Origin: Candidatus Eiseniibacteriota bacterium
GTDB taxonomy: Bacteria > Eisenbacteria > RBG-16-71-46
NCBI GenBank assembly: GCA_031370785.1
Contig: JANMQY010000059.1
Span: 1 to 44,887, forward strand
DNA: 44,887 bases
Direction of reading: 5' to 3'
The translations under genes and the position numbers were made by a program. Positions 10,984 through 22,515 of this stretch are shown one piece after another (position 1 is the stretch's first letter; every line of letters starts with the position of its first letter). A model generated the notes under the pieces. The model saw only the letters and a list, made by a program, of their open reading frames with translations, was not told the DNA's origin and made no database searches.

Positions 10984-11817
10984 ATGTTCGTCAGCCTTCG
11001 CATCCCCCGGGTCGCAGTAGCAGCGCTCGCTGTTCTCACGCTCGCTTCGTGCGGCAAGAGCAGCAAGTCCACAACGCCGGTAGTCCTCCCAAGCCTCACG
11101 CTGGGCGCGGCCATTCGGCTGTTCGTGCCGGCGAGCTTCACCACTCCCGCCGGGCTCGACACGACCGCCAGTCTGCTGGTCACCACGACCCTCGATGGCT
11201 CGAAGTCCGGCCTCGCCGTGTTCGTGAGCGGCGGACGTCTCGTGGATGCGGGACAGGTCTACCTGCGCACGCTGAAGGCCGGCGCGAGCGATCCCGACTC
11301 GATCCTGCTGGTCAAGCTCGCGGGGACGCTCCAGGGCTCGACCTACGTCGGCTACGTCTCGTCGCCTTACACCACCGAAGGCATCAAGATCCCGTTTGAC
11401 GGAGTGCTGTCGCACGTCTGGAACGTGAAAGGCTCGAGCGCCATCCCCGCACTCATCGACAGCGTGAAGTCGGTGACCGACGTGACCGTCACCGCGCCCA
11501 TCGATGGCGCGAACGTCTCGCGCGCCGCCGATCTCACCGTGAGCTGGTCCGGCCCGGGGAGCGAAAGCGACGTCTTTGTGGGCGCAGTCGTCATCGCCTC
11601 GTCCGACACGACCAAGCACGTCGCCGGCAACATCGTGCTGAGCAGCGCCGGCAGCCTGATCGTGCCCACCGCAAGACTGGCCGCGTTGCCTGCCGGCAAC
11701 GCTACGCTAGCCGTGTCGCGCTACCGCCTGATTTACAAGATCACCCTACCCACGCCCGCCCTCCCGACCGGCTTCCTGGTCGAAGCCGTCAGGCGCCATC
11801 CGATCGTGCTGCAGTAG
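10984..11817 (+). CDS. Hypothetical beta-rich lipoprotein
   Basis: Lipobox LASC followed by a Ser/Thr/Lys linker; AAGGAG RBS. Confidence 0.75.
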   Translation: MFVSLRIPRVAVAALAVLTLASCGKSSKSTTPVVLPSLTLGAAIRLFVPASFTTPAGLDTTASLLVTTTLDGSKSGLAVFVSGGRLVDAGQVYLRTLKAGASDPDSILLVKLAGTLQGSTYVGYVSSPYTTEGIKIPFDGVLSHVWNVKGSSAIPALIDSVKSVTDVTVTAPIDGANVSRAADLTVSWSGPGSESDVFVGAVVIASSDTTKHVAGNIVLSSAGSLIVPTARLAALPAGNATLAVSRYRLIYKITLPTPALPTGFLVEAVRRHPIVLQ

Positions 11818-11822
11818 CGCCG

Positions 11823-13145
11823 TCATGAAGCGACAGGCGCGGCCCGACGCACGCAGTTCGGAGCGAGTCCCCGCAACGCGACGCGCACTCGCTTGTCGAG
11901 CGGAGCGTCAGGGATGTCCGCGCAGAGCGCGGCCCCTCGGCGAGCTTCCTCGGCGCTGAACCCGAGCTCGCGAAGCCAGGGAATCACCTCGCTCTGGCTC
12001 GCCGCTGTCGCCGCGGCTTCAGACTGCGCCTGTACCTGCGTCTGCGCGTCTCGCACCTGCTTGCGAGCCGGCGCCGTCCTGACCTCCTGACGCTTCTCGC
12101 GCATGAACCCGGCGCCGAAGGTGCACTCGGCCGTGTACTGGTTGTGCGCCCGGCACCGCAGCCGCACTCGATCCACGGTCGTCTGTCCTCCACGGGCCAC
12201 CGGGTCCACGTGATCGAACTCCAGTCGCGTGCGCTCCTCGCAGCGCTTCCCCTTCTCGCTGACGAACGTGCACTGGCCGCCATCCCGCTGCCAGACCTTG
12301 CGCCGGATCTCGGCGGGAACGTAGCGGCCATTCGCCGAGCTGCGGCGTGGGCGCGAGCGGGCGCACTTCGCGAACTTCTGCCGCTCGAGCTCCTGGACCA
12401 GCGAGTCCAGCGCGCGCTTGAGTACCTTTGCGACGTCGCCTGAGGGCACGGCGTGACCGAGCAACGACTGCGCGTAGCGCAGTTGATCGTAAGTGTCCTG
12501 ATTCACCGTGACCTGCAGCGCGAACCGACCGGGCGCGAGCGGCGCGAGCTTGGCGCGGACAACTGGCTCTGGAGCCAGTTGGATGGCGGATGAATCAGCC
12601 GATTCCGGAACCCATTGCAAGGCAAGGGCCCCAACTCGCTCCAGAGCGAGTTGAGCGTCGGCCGCCTCAACTGGCCGCAAGGACAGTCCGTCCGTGGCAA
12701 CCGCCTGCACGAGGGTCGGCACGTCCGCCTGCGGGAAGCGCTCGGCGAGCAGCAGCCGGATCTCATCCTTTGTCTTCCCCGCGGTTGCGGCCAGGAGCTC
12801 ATCCGCCCTCTCCGGAGTCAGATCCGGGGTCAGGTGCGGCGTCAGCAGCAGCACGGCAGTCATGTTCAGGCGGCCGTCTGCTAGCGCGGGAAAGATGGCG
12901 GGGAACTCCCGTGCCTTTCGCGCGACTCCGATGCGCCTGAGGGCTACGTCCTCGGACATGCGCAGTTCGCGCACGCAGTAGAGGAACATCGAGGGATAGG
13001 CCTCCGGCAGGTACAGCTTGCGCTCGTCCACTTCGGCAACGTGGGCCAGCAGCGCGGCGGTCGTGGCGCGATCCTGGCAGACGAGCGTGGCCAGGTCGCG
13101 CAGCAGAATGTGATCAGCGAGATGCGACAGCGAGTAAGACTTCAT
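11823..13145 (-). CDS. HNH endonuclease with DUF222-like N-terminus, multicopy and probably mobile (copy 1)
   Basis: 'IPAEIRR-like VPAEIRRKVWQRDGGQCTFVSEKGKRCEERTRLEFDHVDPVARGGQTTVDRVRLRCRAHN'; a paralog lies at 44279-44887; GGAG before ATG 13145. Confidence 0.85.
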   Translation of the reverse strand: MKSYSLSHLADHILLRDLATLVCQDRATTAALLAHVAEVDERKLYLPEAYPSMFLYCVRELRMSEDVALRRIGVARKAREFPAIFPALADGRLNMTAVLLLTPHLTPDLTPERADELLAATAGKTKDEIRLLLAERFPQADVPTLVQAVATDGLSLRPVEAADAQLALERVGALALQWVPESADSSAIQLAPEPVVRAKLAPLAPGRFALQVTVNQDTYDQLRYAQSLLGHAVPSGDVAKVLKRALDSLVQELERQKFAKCARSRPRRSSANGRYVPAEIRRKVWQRDGGQCTFVSEKGKRCEERTRLEFDHVDPVARGGQTTVDRVRLRCRAHNQYTAECTFGAGFMREKRQEVRTAPARKQVRDAQTQVQAQSEAAATAASQSEVIPWLRELGFSAEEARRGAALCADIPDAPLDKRVRVALRGLAPNCVRRAAPVAS

Positions 13146-13431
13146 GACGGAACTCCGCGGCAAAGGAACAGTCGCGGGGGCACCATCACTTCATATCACG
13201 AGGCTTCGCGGCGTCCGTGCTTGCGCGCTGCTCGCGATGCGCGAACGGCAATGAGAAATTTCGCAACGCAGCGCTTCGATGTCATCAGGGCCCGCACTGC
13301 GCGCGCTAACGCGTCGTTCGCGAACGCACCGCGAGTCGCGACAGATCGAGCCTAAATAGTGTGTCAAACGAAATCTTCCGCTCGACGCGACTCTCGCTGC
13401 GTCGCGACCGGAGTCGAACGGGGCTCGGCGC

Positions 13432-13474
13432 AAAGCAAAGGGCGGGCCCCGCGAGTCATCGGGTAGCTCGCCCT
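13432..13474 (-). terminator. Probable intrinsic terminator of the M13 peptidase gene (contains the shared palindrome)
   Basis: Minus strand AGGGCGAGC...GCCCGCCCT stem followed by TTGCTTT, about 35 nt after the stop. Confidence 0.55.
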
Positions 13475-13509
13475 CCGCGGGATGAGCCTCAGGTTCTACG
13501 AAGCCGCCT

Positions 13510-15561
13510 CTACCAGATCTCCGCCCGAACATCGTCAGCCCGCACCATGCCATCCCCATCCTTGCAGCCAAACGCCTTCTTGAACTCAGGGAAGTTGCTG
13601 AGCGGCCCGTTGACGCGCCACTGCGCCGGCGAGTGCGGGTCGGTGAGCGTGCGCACCCGCTCGGACTCGGGGCGGAGCTTGCGCCGCCACGCCTGCGCGT
13701 AGCCGAGGAAGAAGCGCTGCTCCGGCGTGAAGCCGCCGATGTCGGCGGGGCGCGGTTTGCCCTCGAGCGACTTCTGGTATGCGTAGTAGGCGATCGTGAT
13801 GCCGCCCAGGTCGGCGATGTTCTCGCCGAGCGTGAGCTTGCCGTTTACGTGCAGCGTGTCGACGGCGACGTAGCCGTTGTACTGATCGACGACCTTCTGC
13901 GCGCGCGCTTCGAACTTCTTCGCATCCTCGGGCGTCCACCACTCCTTGAGGTTGCCGTCGGCGTCGAACTGGCGGCCCTGGTCGTCGAAGCCGTGGCTCA
14001 ATTCGTGGCCGATCACCATGCCCATCGCGCCGTAGTTGAGTGCGTCATCCACCTGCATGTCGAACTGGGGCGGCTGCATGATGCCCGCGGGGAACACGAT
14101 CTCGTTGTTGGACGGGTTGTAGTACGCATTCACCGTCGGGGGCGACATTCCCCACTCGGTGCGATCCACCGGCTTGCCGATCTTGCTGAGATCCCATTGC
14201 ACGTACCACTGCGCGCCGTGCTGCGCGTTGACCGCGAACGATGAGTCGGGGCTGATCCGCATCGTCGAGTAGTCGCGCCACACGTCGGGGTAGGCGATTT
14301 TCTTGAGCACCGCCGAGAGCTTCTTGCGCGCCTGAATCTTGGTGGCGTCGCTCATCCACGACAGGTGATCGATGCGATCGCCGAGCGCGGCCTGCAGGTT
14401 GTCCACCATCACCAACGCGCGCGCCTTGGCGGGAGGCGGGAATTCGGTCGCGACGTAGGCCTTGCCGAGCGCCTCGCCGAGCGCCTGGTCGGTGATCGCG
14501 GAGCAGCGCTTCCAGCGCGTCTGCGGTGCCTTCTGTCCGGTCATGAGCGAGGTGAACGAAAAACTCTCGTTGAAGAACGGCGTGCTCAGATACGGAGCCG
14601 AGAAGCGCAGCAGATGCCAGCTCAGGTACGCCTTCCACGTGTCGAGCGGCGCGGTGGCGACCTTGGCCGCGGCGACCTTCACGAACTCGGGCTGCGAGAC
14701 GTCGAGCATGGCGTCCGGCTTCGCCAGCGAGGGCACGCCGGTCGCGCGGAAGTAAGCGACCCAGTCCACGCCGGGCGCCAGTTTCGCCAGGTCCTTGACC
14801 GCCATCTTGTGATAGACCGCGTTGGGATCGCGCTGCGCGACGCGCGTCATGTGTGATTTCGCCAGATCGGTTTCGAATGCCATCACGCGCTCGGCGTCGG
14901 CGCGGGCCTTCGCCTCCGGGATACCGACCAGCTGGAACATGCGGCCGATGTGCGCGACGTACTCGGTGCGCTGCGCCACCGAGGTCGAGTCGGTCTTGAA
15001 GTAGTAGTCGCGATCCGGCAGTCCGAGCCCCGCCTGATAGAGCTGCCCGATGGTCTCCCGGCTGCTCTTCGGGTCGGCCTCCGAGCCGAAGTGGAACGGC
15101 GCATCGATCAGATGAGTCACGAGCCCGGCGATCTCGGCCTGGAGCTGCGCGCGGGTCTGGATCGCGGCGATGCGCGCGAGCTCCGGCCGGATCGGCCCGG
15201 CACCCTCACGGTCGGTGCGCTCGGAATCCATGCACGTCGAGTAGAACGCACCGAGCTTCCTGAGCGCCGGGTCGGTCTCGTTCGCCATCTTCGAGCCGGC
15301 ATCCTCGAGCACGCGATGCAGCACCTCGGTGTTGCGATCGTAGATCTCGCGGCCCGCGCCAATCGCGGTGTACGAGGGCGGGATCACGGCGGTCTTCAGC
15401 CACGCGCCGTTGGCGTATTGATAGAAGTCGCGGCACGGAGCGCATGTGGTGTCCATGTAGGCGCGCTGCAGGCCGTGCGGAATGTCGGCGGCGCGGGCGG
15501 CGGCGGGCAGCGCCACGGCCGCGAGCGCGGCGAAAAGCGTCCGAAGCATTCTCGAGTTCAT
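13510..15561 (-). CDS. Secreted M13 family metallopeptidase (neprilysin/PepO-like)
   Basis: 'PCRDFYQYANG', 'VNAYY', 'GHELSHGFD' HExxH, 'GENIAD', C-terminal 'EIW'; signal peptide MNSRMLRTLFAALAAVALPAAARA. Confidence 0.93.
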   Translation of the reverse strand: MNSRMLRTLFAALAAVALPAAARAADIPHGLQRAYMDTTCAPCRDFYQYANGAWLKTAVIPPSYTAIGAGREIYDRNTEVLHRVLEDAGSKMANETDPALRKLGAFYSTCMDSERTDREGAGPIRPELARIAAIQTRAQLQAEIAGLVTHLIDAPFHFGSEADPKSSRETIGQLYQAGLGLPDRDYYFKTDSTSVAQRTEYVAHIGRMFQLVGIPEAKARADAERVMAFETDLAKSHMTRVAQRDPNAVYHKMAVKDLAKLAPGVDWVAYFRATGVPSLAKPDAMLDVSQPEFVKVAAAKVATAPLDTWKAYLSWHLLRFSAPYLSTPFFNESFSFTSLMTGQKAPQTRWKRCSAITDQALGEALGKAYVATEFPPPAKARALVMVDNLQAALGDRIDHLSWMSDATKIQARKKLSAVLKKIAYPDVWRDYSTMRISPDSSFAVNAQHGAQWYVQWDLSKIGKPVDRTEWGMSPPTVNAYYNPSNNEIVFPAGIMQPPQFDMQVDDALNYGAMGMVIGHELSHGFDDQGRQFDADGNLKEWWTPEDAKKFEARAQKVVDQYNGYVAVDTLHVNGKLTLGENIADLGGITIAYYAYQKSLEGKPRPADIGGFTPEQRFFLGYAQAWRRKLRPESERVRTLTDPHSPAQWRVNGPLSNFPEFKKAFGCKDGDGMVRADDVRAEIW

Positions 15562-15809
15562 CAGATAGGTCCTCTGCGGTTGGGGGATGGACCAGGGTCG
15601 AAAGACCCTCATCGCGTTCTGAATCGCGGCCAAAAGGCCTGCGTTCGCCATCGAAGAATGGGCCGGAACGGGTCGACGACGAAATGGTGATGACTGGCGG
15701 GCAGTATGCCGATAACGCCGCGTGGCAGGACAGCGAAGCGACGGGCGCGGGCTGCCGCGGGCCCGGCGCGGGACTCCTGCCTCGTGCCACAGCAGTTACG
15801 GCGGTCTTC

Positions 15810-15838
15810 TTGATTCGAGGGGGGGTGCGTGCTACCGT
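15810..15838 (+). promoter_or_regulatory. Putative sigma-70 promoter of the phoH operon
   Basis: TTGATT, 17 nt, TACCGT with extended -10 TG. Confidence 0.5.
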
Positions 15839-16031
15839 TCACGCGTCGTTCCGGACACGCCAGCACTCACGTCGTTGCACGACACACGAGGCGCGATCCA
15901 GTCACGGGACACGATCGGTTGATCCGACAAACGGATAAGGTTCTCCAAGCGGTCCACGCTCTTGACTCGGTCCCAACCAGGGCCAGATGGGTCAGGAGTT
16001 TTGCGTTTCTCAGGGTCATGAGGACCATTCA

Positions 16032-17132
<1,101 letters not shown>

Positions 17133-17168
17133 GCCTGGGTCCAGGCCGCGTTTCGACTCGAGACCTAA

Positions 17169-19382
17169 ATGACCGTTCAGGACAGTTCGCTGCCTGCACT
17201 GCCCGATCGCCAGCGCCCGCTGCGCTGGGGGTATTACGCCGTGCGCGTGCTGCTGGTCATGCTGCTGCTCGCGGTGGCCGCGCTCTCGATCGGTCACGGT
17301 CCGATCGACCGCTTCCGCTACCGCGAGGGCGACATCTCGCGCGAGCGGGTGGTCGCGCCCTACGACTTCCGGCTCGAGAAGGACGAGACCGCGCTGCGCC
17401 GCCAGCAGGAGCAGGCCGCGGCCGCGGTGCCGCCGGTGTTCGTGGTCGACAGCCGGGTCTCGGCCGAGACCCTGAACCGTCTCGCGATATTCCAGGAGAA
17501 GGCGCTGGCGGTCGCGCTCGACCCGAATCTGCGCCCCATCGACCGGGCCCAGCAGGTGCGCGCGCTGGGCGTTCCGCTGAGTGACGAGAGCGCCGATGCG
17601 CTGGCCGCGCCCGGGCGCGCTCGGCGCGCACTGCGCGAGCTGGGTGGCTGGCTCCACGACCTCTACGAGGCGGGCATCGTGGCCGAGAAGCGCGGCGACC
17701 GCGTGCTCGGCTACACCACCATCCACCTGCGCGAAGGGGAGGCCGAGGGCGAGCGCGCTGCGACGATGCTCTTCGATCGGCGCGAGGCGCTGCTGCTCCT
17801 CGAGAGGAAGGCGCAGGCGGCGTTCGCAGCCGATCCGCGCGGGGTCAAGCTGGTGGCCGAGCTGGCCGCGCCGTTCGTCGTGCCCAACGTGCTCTACGAC
17901 AGAGCCGAAACCGAATGGCGGCGCGTGCAGGCGCAGGGCGTGGTGCCAGCGACGCTCGGCTTCGTCAAGAAGGACGAGCTGATCGTGGATGCGAACGAGA
18001 AGGTGACGCGCGACGCGCTGCTCAAGCTGCGCTCGCTGCACAATCTCGAGGACGCGCGCCGCGCACGCACCGAGTTCCTGTATCCGCCGGTGGCGCGCAT
18101 GCTGCTGATGCTGCTGTTCATCGCGGTATTCACGACCTACCTGCGCATGGAGCTGCTTGGGGTCTACCGCGACAACTCCATGCTCGCGATGTTCACGCTG
18201 CTCACCGCGGTCACGCTGATCGTGGCCCAGTTGCAGGTCGGGCTGCTCGGGCTCTCGGAATTCACGGTACCGCTGGCGCTCGCGCCATTGGTCGTCGCCT
18301 CGCTGCTCGAGAAGCGCCCGGCGCTGGTGTTCACGCTGATGCTGGCGGTGGTGGTGGCCGCGGTCGGCGAGATGCGCGCGCCGTTCATGCCGGTCGCGGT
18401 GATGGGCGGCGTGACCGCCGTCTACTCGGTCGCGCGCCTGCGCCACCGCTGGCACTTCGGGCGCGCGTTCTTCACCATCGCGCTCGCGAATATCGCGGCG
18501 ATTCTCGCATGGGACCTGGCTCGCGTGGCCTCGGCCGAGGTGCTGCTGCGCGACACGCTGTGGGGCGTGGTCAACAGTTTCCTCGCCGTTTCCATGGCGT
18601 TCCTGCTGCTGCCGGTAGTCGAGCACGTGTTCGGGCTCACCTCGGACATCACGCTGCTCGAGCTGTCGGATCTGAATCGTCCGCTGCTCAAGCGCCTGCA
18701 GCTCGAGGCGCCCGGCACCTATCATCACAGCATGGTGGTCGGCAGCCTGGCCGAGGCCGCGACCGAGGCGATCGGCGCCAACTCGCTGCTCGCGCGGGTC
18801 ATGGCCTACTACCACGACATCGGCAAGCTGGCGAAGCCCGAGTACTACGCCGAGAACGAGCCGGCCAGCTCGCGCAGCCGACACGAGAAGCTGACCCCGA
18901 GCATGAGCACGCTGGTCGTGAAGTCGCACATCACCGAGGGTCTCGAGATGGCGCGGCGCGAGCGGCTGCCGCGTGCGGTGCGCGACGCGATCCCCGAGCA
19001 CCACGGAACGATGGTGATGGCGTTCTTCTATCACAAGGCGCTGGAGACCGACCCGACCGCGCGCCGCGACGACTTCTGCTATCCCGGACCGCGCCCGCGC
19101 TCGCGCGAGACCGCGATCCTGATGCTGGCCGACGGCGTCGAGGGCGCCTCGCGCGCGCTGGCCGAGCCCACCCCGAGCCGCATCCGCGGCCTGGTCACGC
19201 GCATCATCGAAGAGCGCGTGCAGCAGGGACAGCTCGACGATTGCGCGCTGACCCAGCAGGAGCTGGCCAGGATCCGGGAGGCCTTCATCCCGGTTCTGAC
19301 CGCGATCTTCCACGTGCGCGCGCCCTACCCCGTCGACCCCACCAAGCGCCCGCGGGCGGATGCCGATCTCCGTAAGGAGTGA
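17169..19382 (+). CDS. 7TM-HD (HDIG) phosphohydrolase, PgpH/YqfF-like cyclic-di-AMP phosphodiesterase candidate
   Basis: Extracellular domain plus 7TM plus 'EAPGTYHHS...YYHDIGK...EHHGT...YPGPRP...MLAD'; located between phoH and ybeY. Confidence 0.88.
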   Translation: MTVQDSSLPALPDRQRPLRWGYYAVRVLLVMLLLAVAALSIGHGPIDRFRYREGDISRERVVAPYDFRLEKDETALRRQQEQAAAAVPPVFVVDSRVSAETLNRLAIFQEKALAVALDPNLRPIDRAQQVRALGVPLSDESADALAAPGRARRALRELGGWLHDLYEAGIVAEKRGDRVLGYTTIHLREGEAEGERAATMLFDRREALLLLERKAQAAFAADPRGVKLVAELAAPFVVPNVLYDRAETEWRRVQAQGVVPATLGFVKKDELIVDANEKVTRDALLKLRSLHNLEDARRARTEFLYPPVARMLLMLLFIAVFTTYLRMELLGVYRDNSMLAMFTLLTAVTLIVAQLQVGLLGLSEFTVPLALAPLVVASLLEKRPALVFTLMLAVVVAAVGEMRAPFMPVAVMGGVTAVYSVARLRHRWHFGRAFFTIALANIAAILAWDLARVASAEVLLRDTLWGVVNSFLAVSMAFLLLPVVEHVFGLTSDITLLELSDLNRPLLKRLQLEAPGTYHHSMVVGSLAEAATEAIGANSLLARVMAYYHDIGKLAKPEYYAENEPASSRSRHEKLTPSMSTLVVKSHITEGLEMARRERLPRAVRDAIPEHHGTMVMAFFYHKALETDPTARRDDFCYPGPRPRSRETAILMLADGVEGASRALAEPTPSRIRGLVTRIIEERVQQGQLDDCALTQQELARIREAFIPVLTAIFHVRAPYPVDPTKRPRADADLRKE

Positions 19383-19872
19383 GCGCGGAGCTTCTCGTCT
19401 CACCGCACCGCTCTGTTCGCTCGTCAAATCCGCGCTCGCGCTCGAGGGCCGGCGACCCGGCGAGATCGCGATCGTGCTCGCGGATGATGCGACGCTGCGC
19501 GATCTCAACCATCGCTGGCGCGGCATCGATCGAGCGACCGACGTGCTGAGCTTCGATTACGGAGATACGGCCACCAGGTTGCGCCGCCGCTCCGCGCCGC
19601 TCCGTGCGGACGCCTCCGGGCCGGTGAACGGCGATCTCGTGATCTCGCTCGACCGCATGCGCGATCAGGCGAAGCGTTATCGCGTCAGCCAGGGACGCGA
19701 GCTGGCGCGCCTGGTGATCCATGGCACGCTCCATCTCGCCGGACTCGATCATCGACAGGCGGCGGAACGCCGCCTCATGCGCGCGCGGGAGAACGCTGCG
19801 TTGCGCGCAGGACGCGATGCGGTCTCGGCGCTCGAGCGGGCGGTGGGCGGCGCTGCGGTGCGACCTCGCTAG
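19360..19872 (+). CDS. ybeY: rRNA maturation endoribonuclease YbeY
   Basis: 'ATDVLSF', 'GDLVIS', 'IHGTLHLAGLDH' H3xH5xH motif. Confidence 0.92.
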   Translation: MPISVRSERGASRLTAPLCSLVKSALALEGRRPGEIAIVLADDATLRDLNHRWRGIDRATDVLSFDYGDTATRLRRRSAPLRADASGPVNGDLVISLDRMRDQAKRYRVSQGRELARLVIHGTLHLAGLDHRQAAERRLMRARENAALRAGRDAVSALERAVGGAAVRPR

Positions 19873-19941
19873 GTTCCGCCGCGCGCCCTTCGCATCGCGC
19901 GCAGGATTGACGCCCACCGCCCGAACCGCCACATTCCACGC

Positions 19942-20619
19942 ATGACGCTCCCCGAAGCCGAACCCGTACGCCTGCGCTTCTCCGTGATGGGCCGGCTGCG
20001 CAACTATCTGCTCACCGGGCTGATCGCGCTCGGGCCGACCGCGCTGACGCTGTGGGTGTTCATTCGACTGCTCAACTGGATGGACAACCTGCTTGGGCGT
20101 TACTTCCGTTTCGCCGCGCTCGACTACCACCGCATCCCGGGCATCGGGCTGGTCGCGACCCTGTTCATCCTGTTCGTCGTCGGCTGGCTCACCTCGTGGT
20201 TCGGGAGCTGGATCGGCGGGCGCTCCCTGCTCACGATGTGGGACGCGCTTCTCACCCGAATTCCCGGCGTCGGAATCCTCTACGGTTCGACCAAGTCGCT
20301 GGGCGAGGCATTTCTCAACAGCCGCAAGGACACGTTCAAGCAGGTGGTACTGCTGCCGTGGCCCCATCCCGGCGTCTATCGCATCGGTTTCATCGCCGGT
20401 CGCCCCTCGCCGCAGGTGAAAGAGAAGCTTCAACAGGACATCGAGGTCGTGTTCGTCCCGCACACCCCGAATCCCGCGTCCGGTTTCGTGCACTACGTGC
20501 CGAGAGCATCGCTCGTCTATCTCGACTGGTCGGTCGAGGACGGGCTCAAGGTGATCATCTCGGGCGGTGTGGTTCAGCCTGGGGTCGAGCCCGCTGCGGG
20601 AGCGACCGGCCGGCGGTAG
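19942..20619 (+). CDS. DUF502 family membrane protein
   Basis: 'LLTGLIALGP', 'RIPGVGILY', 'VFVPHTPNPASGF', 'GLKVIISGG'. Confidence 0.88.
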   Translation: MTLPEAEPVRLRFSVMGRLRNYLLTGLIALGPTALTLWVFIRLLNWMDNLLGRYFRFAALDYHRIPGIGLVATLFILFVVGWLTSWFGSWIGGRSLLTMWDALLTRIPGVGILYGSTKSLGEAFLNSRKDTFKQVVLLPWPHPGVYRIGFIAGRPSPQVKEKLQQDIEVVFVPHTPNPASGFVHYVPRASLVYLDWSVEDGLKVIISGGVVQPGVEPAAGATGRR

Positions 20620-20630
20620 GAGAGCGACGC

Positions 20631-21398
20631 GTGGCCCTCGTGCGCAGTGAAGGTGTCGTGCTCAGAACCTACGCTCTGGGCGACACCAGCCGCATCGTGA
20701 CGGTGTACACGCGCGATCTCGGGCTGCTCAAGATGGTGGCCAAGGGCGCGCGCAAGGCGCCGAGCCGATTCGGTTACTCGCTCGAGCCGCTGTCGCGCTC
20801 GCGCTTCGTCTTCTATCACAAGCCCGATCGCGACCTGCACCTGCTCTCGAGCACCGACACGCTCGCCCCGATGGGGAGCAGGCTCGCCGACATCACCCGG
20901 CTCGCGCATGCGCAGGCGGCGCTCGAGCTGCTCGACCGGCTGGTGTGGGGCGAGGAGCCGCATCCCGAGCTGTTCGATCTCTTGGTGGCGACGCTCGAGG
21001 CGCACACGGTCGCGCCGCTCGAAGCGCTGCCCGCGATCACCATCGCGTTCGAGCTTCAGGTCGCGAGCCTGCTCGGCTATCGACCCCGGCTCGATGCGTG
21101 CGCGGGCTGCGGCCGTCCGCTGTCGCAGGAGCGCCTGTTTTCCCCGGCGCGCGGCGGGCTGATGTGCGAATCGTGCGCCGCCGCGGAGCCCGGGATGATC
21201 AAGCTCTCGGCCGATGCGCTCGCCGGGCTCTCGCTCCTGCTTTCGCGCCCGGTCGGAGAAGCCGGCGACTATTTCGAGGTCAAGCGCTCGGCCGAGATCC
21301 TGCGCGTGGTCGACGCGTTCCTTCGCCATCACTTTCAGCGCTTCCAGGGGCTGCGCTCGCTCGAAGTGCTGCGCCATCTCAACGAAGCGGTGGACTAG
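20631..21398 (+). CDS. recO: DNA repair protein RecO
   Basis: 'EGVVLRTYALGDTSRIVTVYTRDLG...AKGAR', Zn finger CAGC...CESC; GTG start with AGGAG RBS. Confidence 0.92.
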   Translation: MALVRSEGVVLRTYALGDTSRIVTVYTRDLGLLKMVAKGARKAPSRFGYSLEPLSRSRFVFYHKPDRDLHLLSSTDTLAPMGSRLADITRLAHAQAALELLDRLVWGEEPHPELFDLLVATLEAHTVAPLEALPAITIAFELQVASLLGYRPRLDACAGCGRPLSQERLFSPARGGLMCESCAAAEPGMIKLSADALAGLSLLLSRPVGEAGDYFEVKRSAEILRVVDAFLRHHFQRFQGLRSLEVLRHLNEAVD

Positions 21399-21522
21399 CA
21401 GCAGACCGATGCGACGCGGGATTTCGGTGAGCGCGCACCCTGAGGTAGACTCCGCGGCTCGCAATCGCGCCGCGCTGTGTCGGCCGTGACGCACGTTCTT
21501 TAGCAGCAGTGAGGAGCCGCTG

Positions 21523-22515
21523 ATGCCAGCCCCCGAACCGCGCCGCTCGTTGCAGGAGATGATCCTCGCGCTCGAGCAATACTGGGCGGAGCGCGGCTGC
21601 GTGATCCAGCAGCCGTATCCGTCCGAAGTCGGCGCCGGCACCTTCAACCCGGCGACCTTCCTGCGCTCGCTCGGCCCCGAGCCGTGGCGGGTCGGCTACG
21701 TCGAGCCCTCGCGCCGCCCGAAGGACGGGCGCTACGGCGAGAATCCCAACCGGTTCCAGCAGTTCTATCAGTACCAGGTGCTCTTGAAGCCCGCGCCGCC
21801 CGACGTGGTGGATCAGTACTTCGACTCGCTGCGCGCGATCGGCATCGATCCGCTCGAGCACGACCTGCGCCTGCTCGAGGACGACTGGGAGTCGCCGACG
21901 CTGGGGGCGGCCGGCCTCGGATGGCAGGTGTGGATGGACGGCACCGAGATCTCCCAGTTCACCTACTTCCAGCAGTGCGGCGGCATCGAGGTCGATGTGG
22001 TCTCGGCCGAGTTGACCTACGGACTCGACCGGATCGGCATGATGCTTCAGGGAAAAGACCGGGTGCAGGACCTGATCTGGACCCCCGAGGTCAAAGACCC
22101 GAAGGGCCGCGTGCTCTCCGCGCCCGTCACCTGGGCCGAGCTGTGGCTGCAGAACGAAAAGGAGTGGTCGAGGTACAACTTCGAGGAAGCCGACGTCGCG
22201 GCCCTGGTCTCGATGTTTGCGCAGTGGGAGAAAGAGGCGCTGCGCCTGCTCGAAAGGGGTCTCGTCAATCCAGGCTACGACTGCGTGATCAAGTGCTCGC
22301 ACCTGTTCAACGTGCTGGATGCGCGCGGCGCGATCTCGGTGAGCGAGCGGGTCGGCCACATCGGGCGCGTGAGGAAGCTCGCGCGCCGCGCGGCGACCGC
22401 GTACGTGAAGCAGCGTGAGGCGCTGGGCTACCCGCTGCTCAAGGACGAAGCGGAGCGCGCGAAATGGGTGAAGGCTCCCGAGAGCGAACCGAAGCCGGCC
22501 GAGGTGCGCTCGTGA
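21523..22515 (+). CDS. glyQ: Glycine-tRNA ligase alpha subunit
   Basis: '[21 protein letters not shown]', '[10 protein letters not shown]', '[11 protein letters not shown]', 'ELTYGLDRI'. Confidence 0.97.
   Translation: MPAPEPRRSLQEMILALEQYWAERGCVIQQPYPSEVGAGTFNPATFLRSLGPEPWRVGYVEPSRRPKDGRYGENPNRFQQFYQYQVLLKPAPPDVVDQYFDSLRAIGIDPLEHDLRLLEDDWESPTLGAAGLGWQVWMDGTEISQFTYFQQCGGIEVDVVSAELTYGLDRIGMMLQGKDRVQDLIWTPEVKDPKGRVLSAPVTWAELWLQNEKEWSRYNFEEADVAALVSMFAQWEKEALRLLERGLVNPGYDCVIKCSHLFNVLDARGAISVSERVGHIGRVRKLARRAATAYVKQREALGYPLLKDEAERAKWVKAPESEPKPAEVRS

Noticed and set aside
15840..16031. Riboswitch in the long phoH leader
   Set aside because: No motif I can recognise; an Rfam scan would be needed
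21399..21522. T-box riboswitch upstream of glyQ
   Set aside because: Only about 120 nt, with no T-box consensus or terminator
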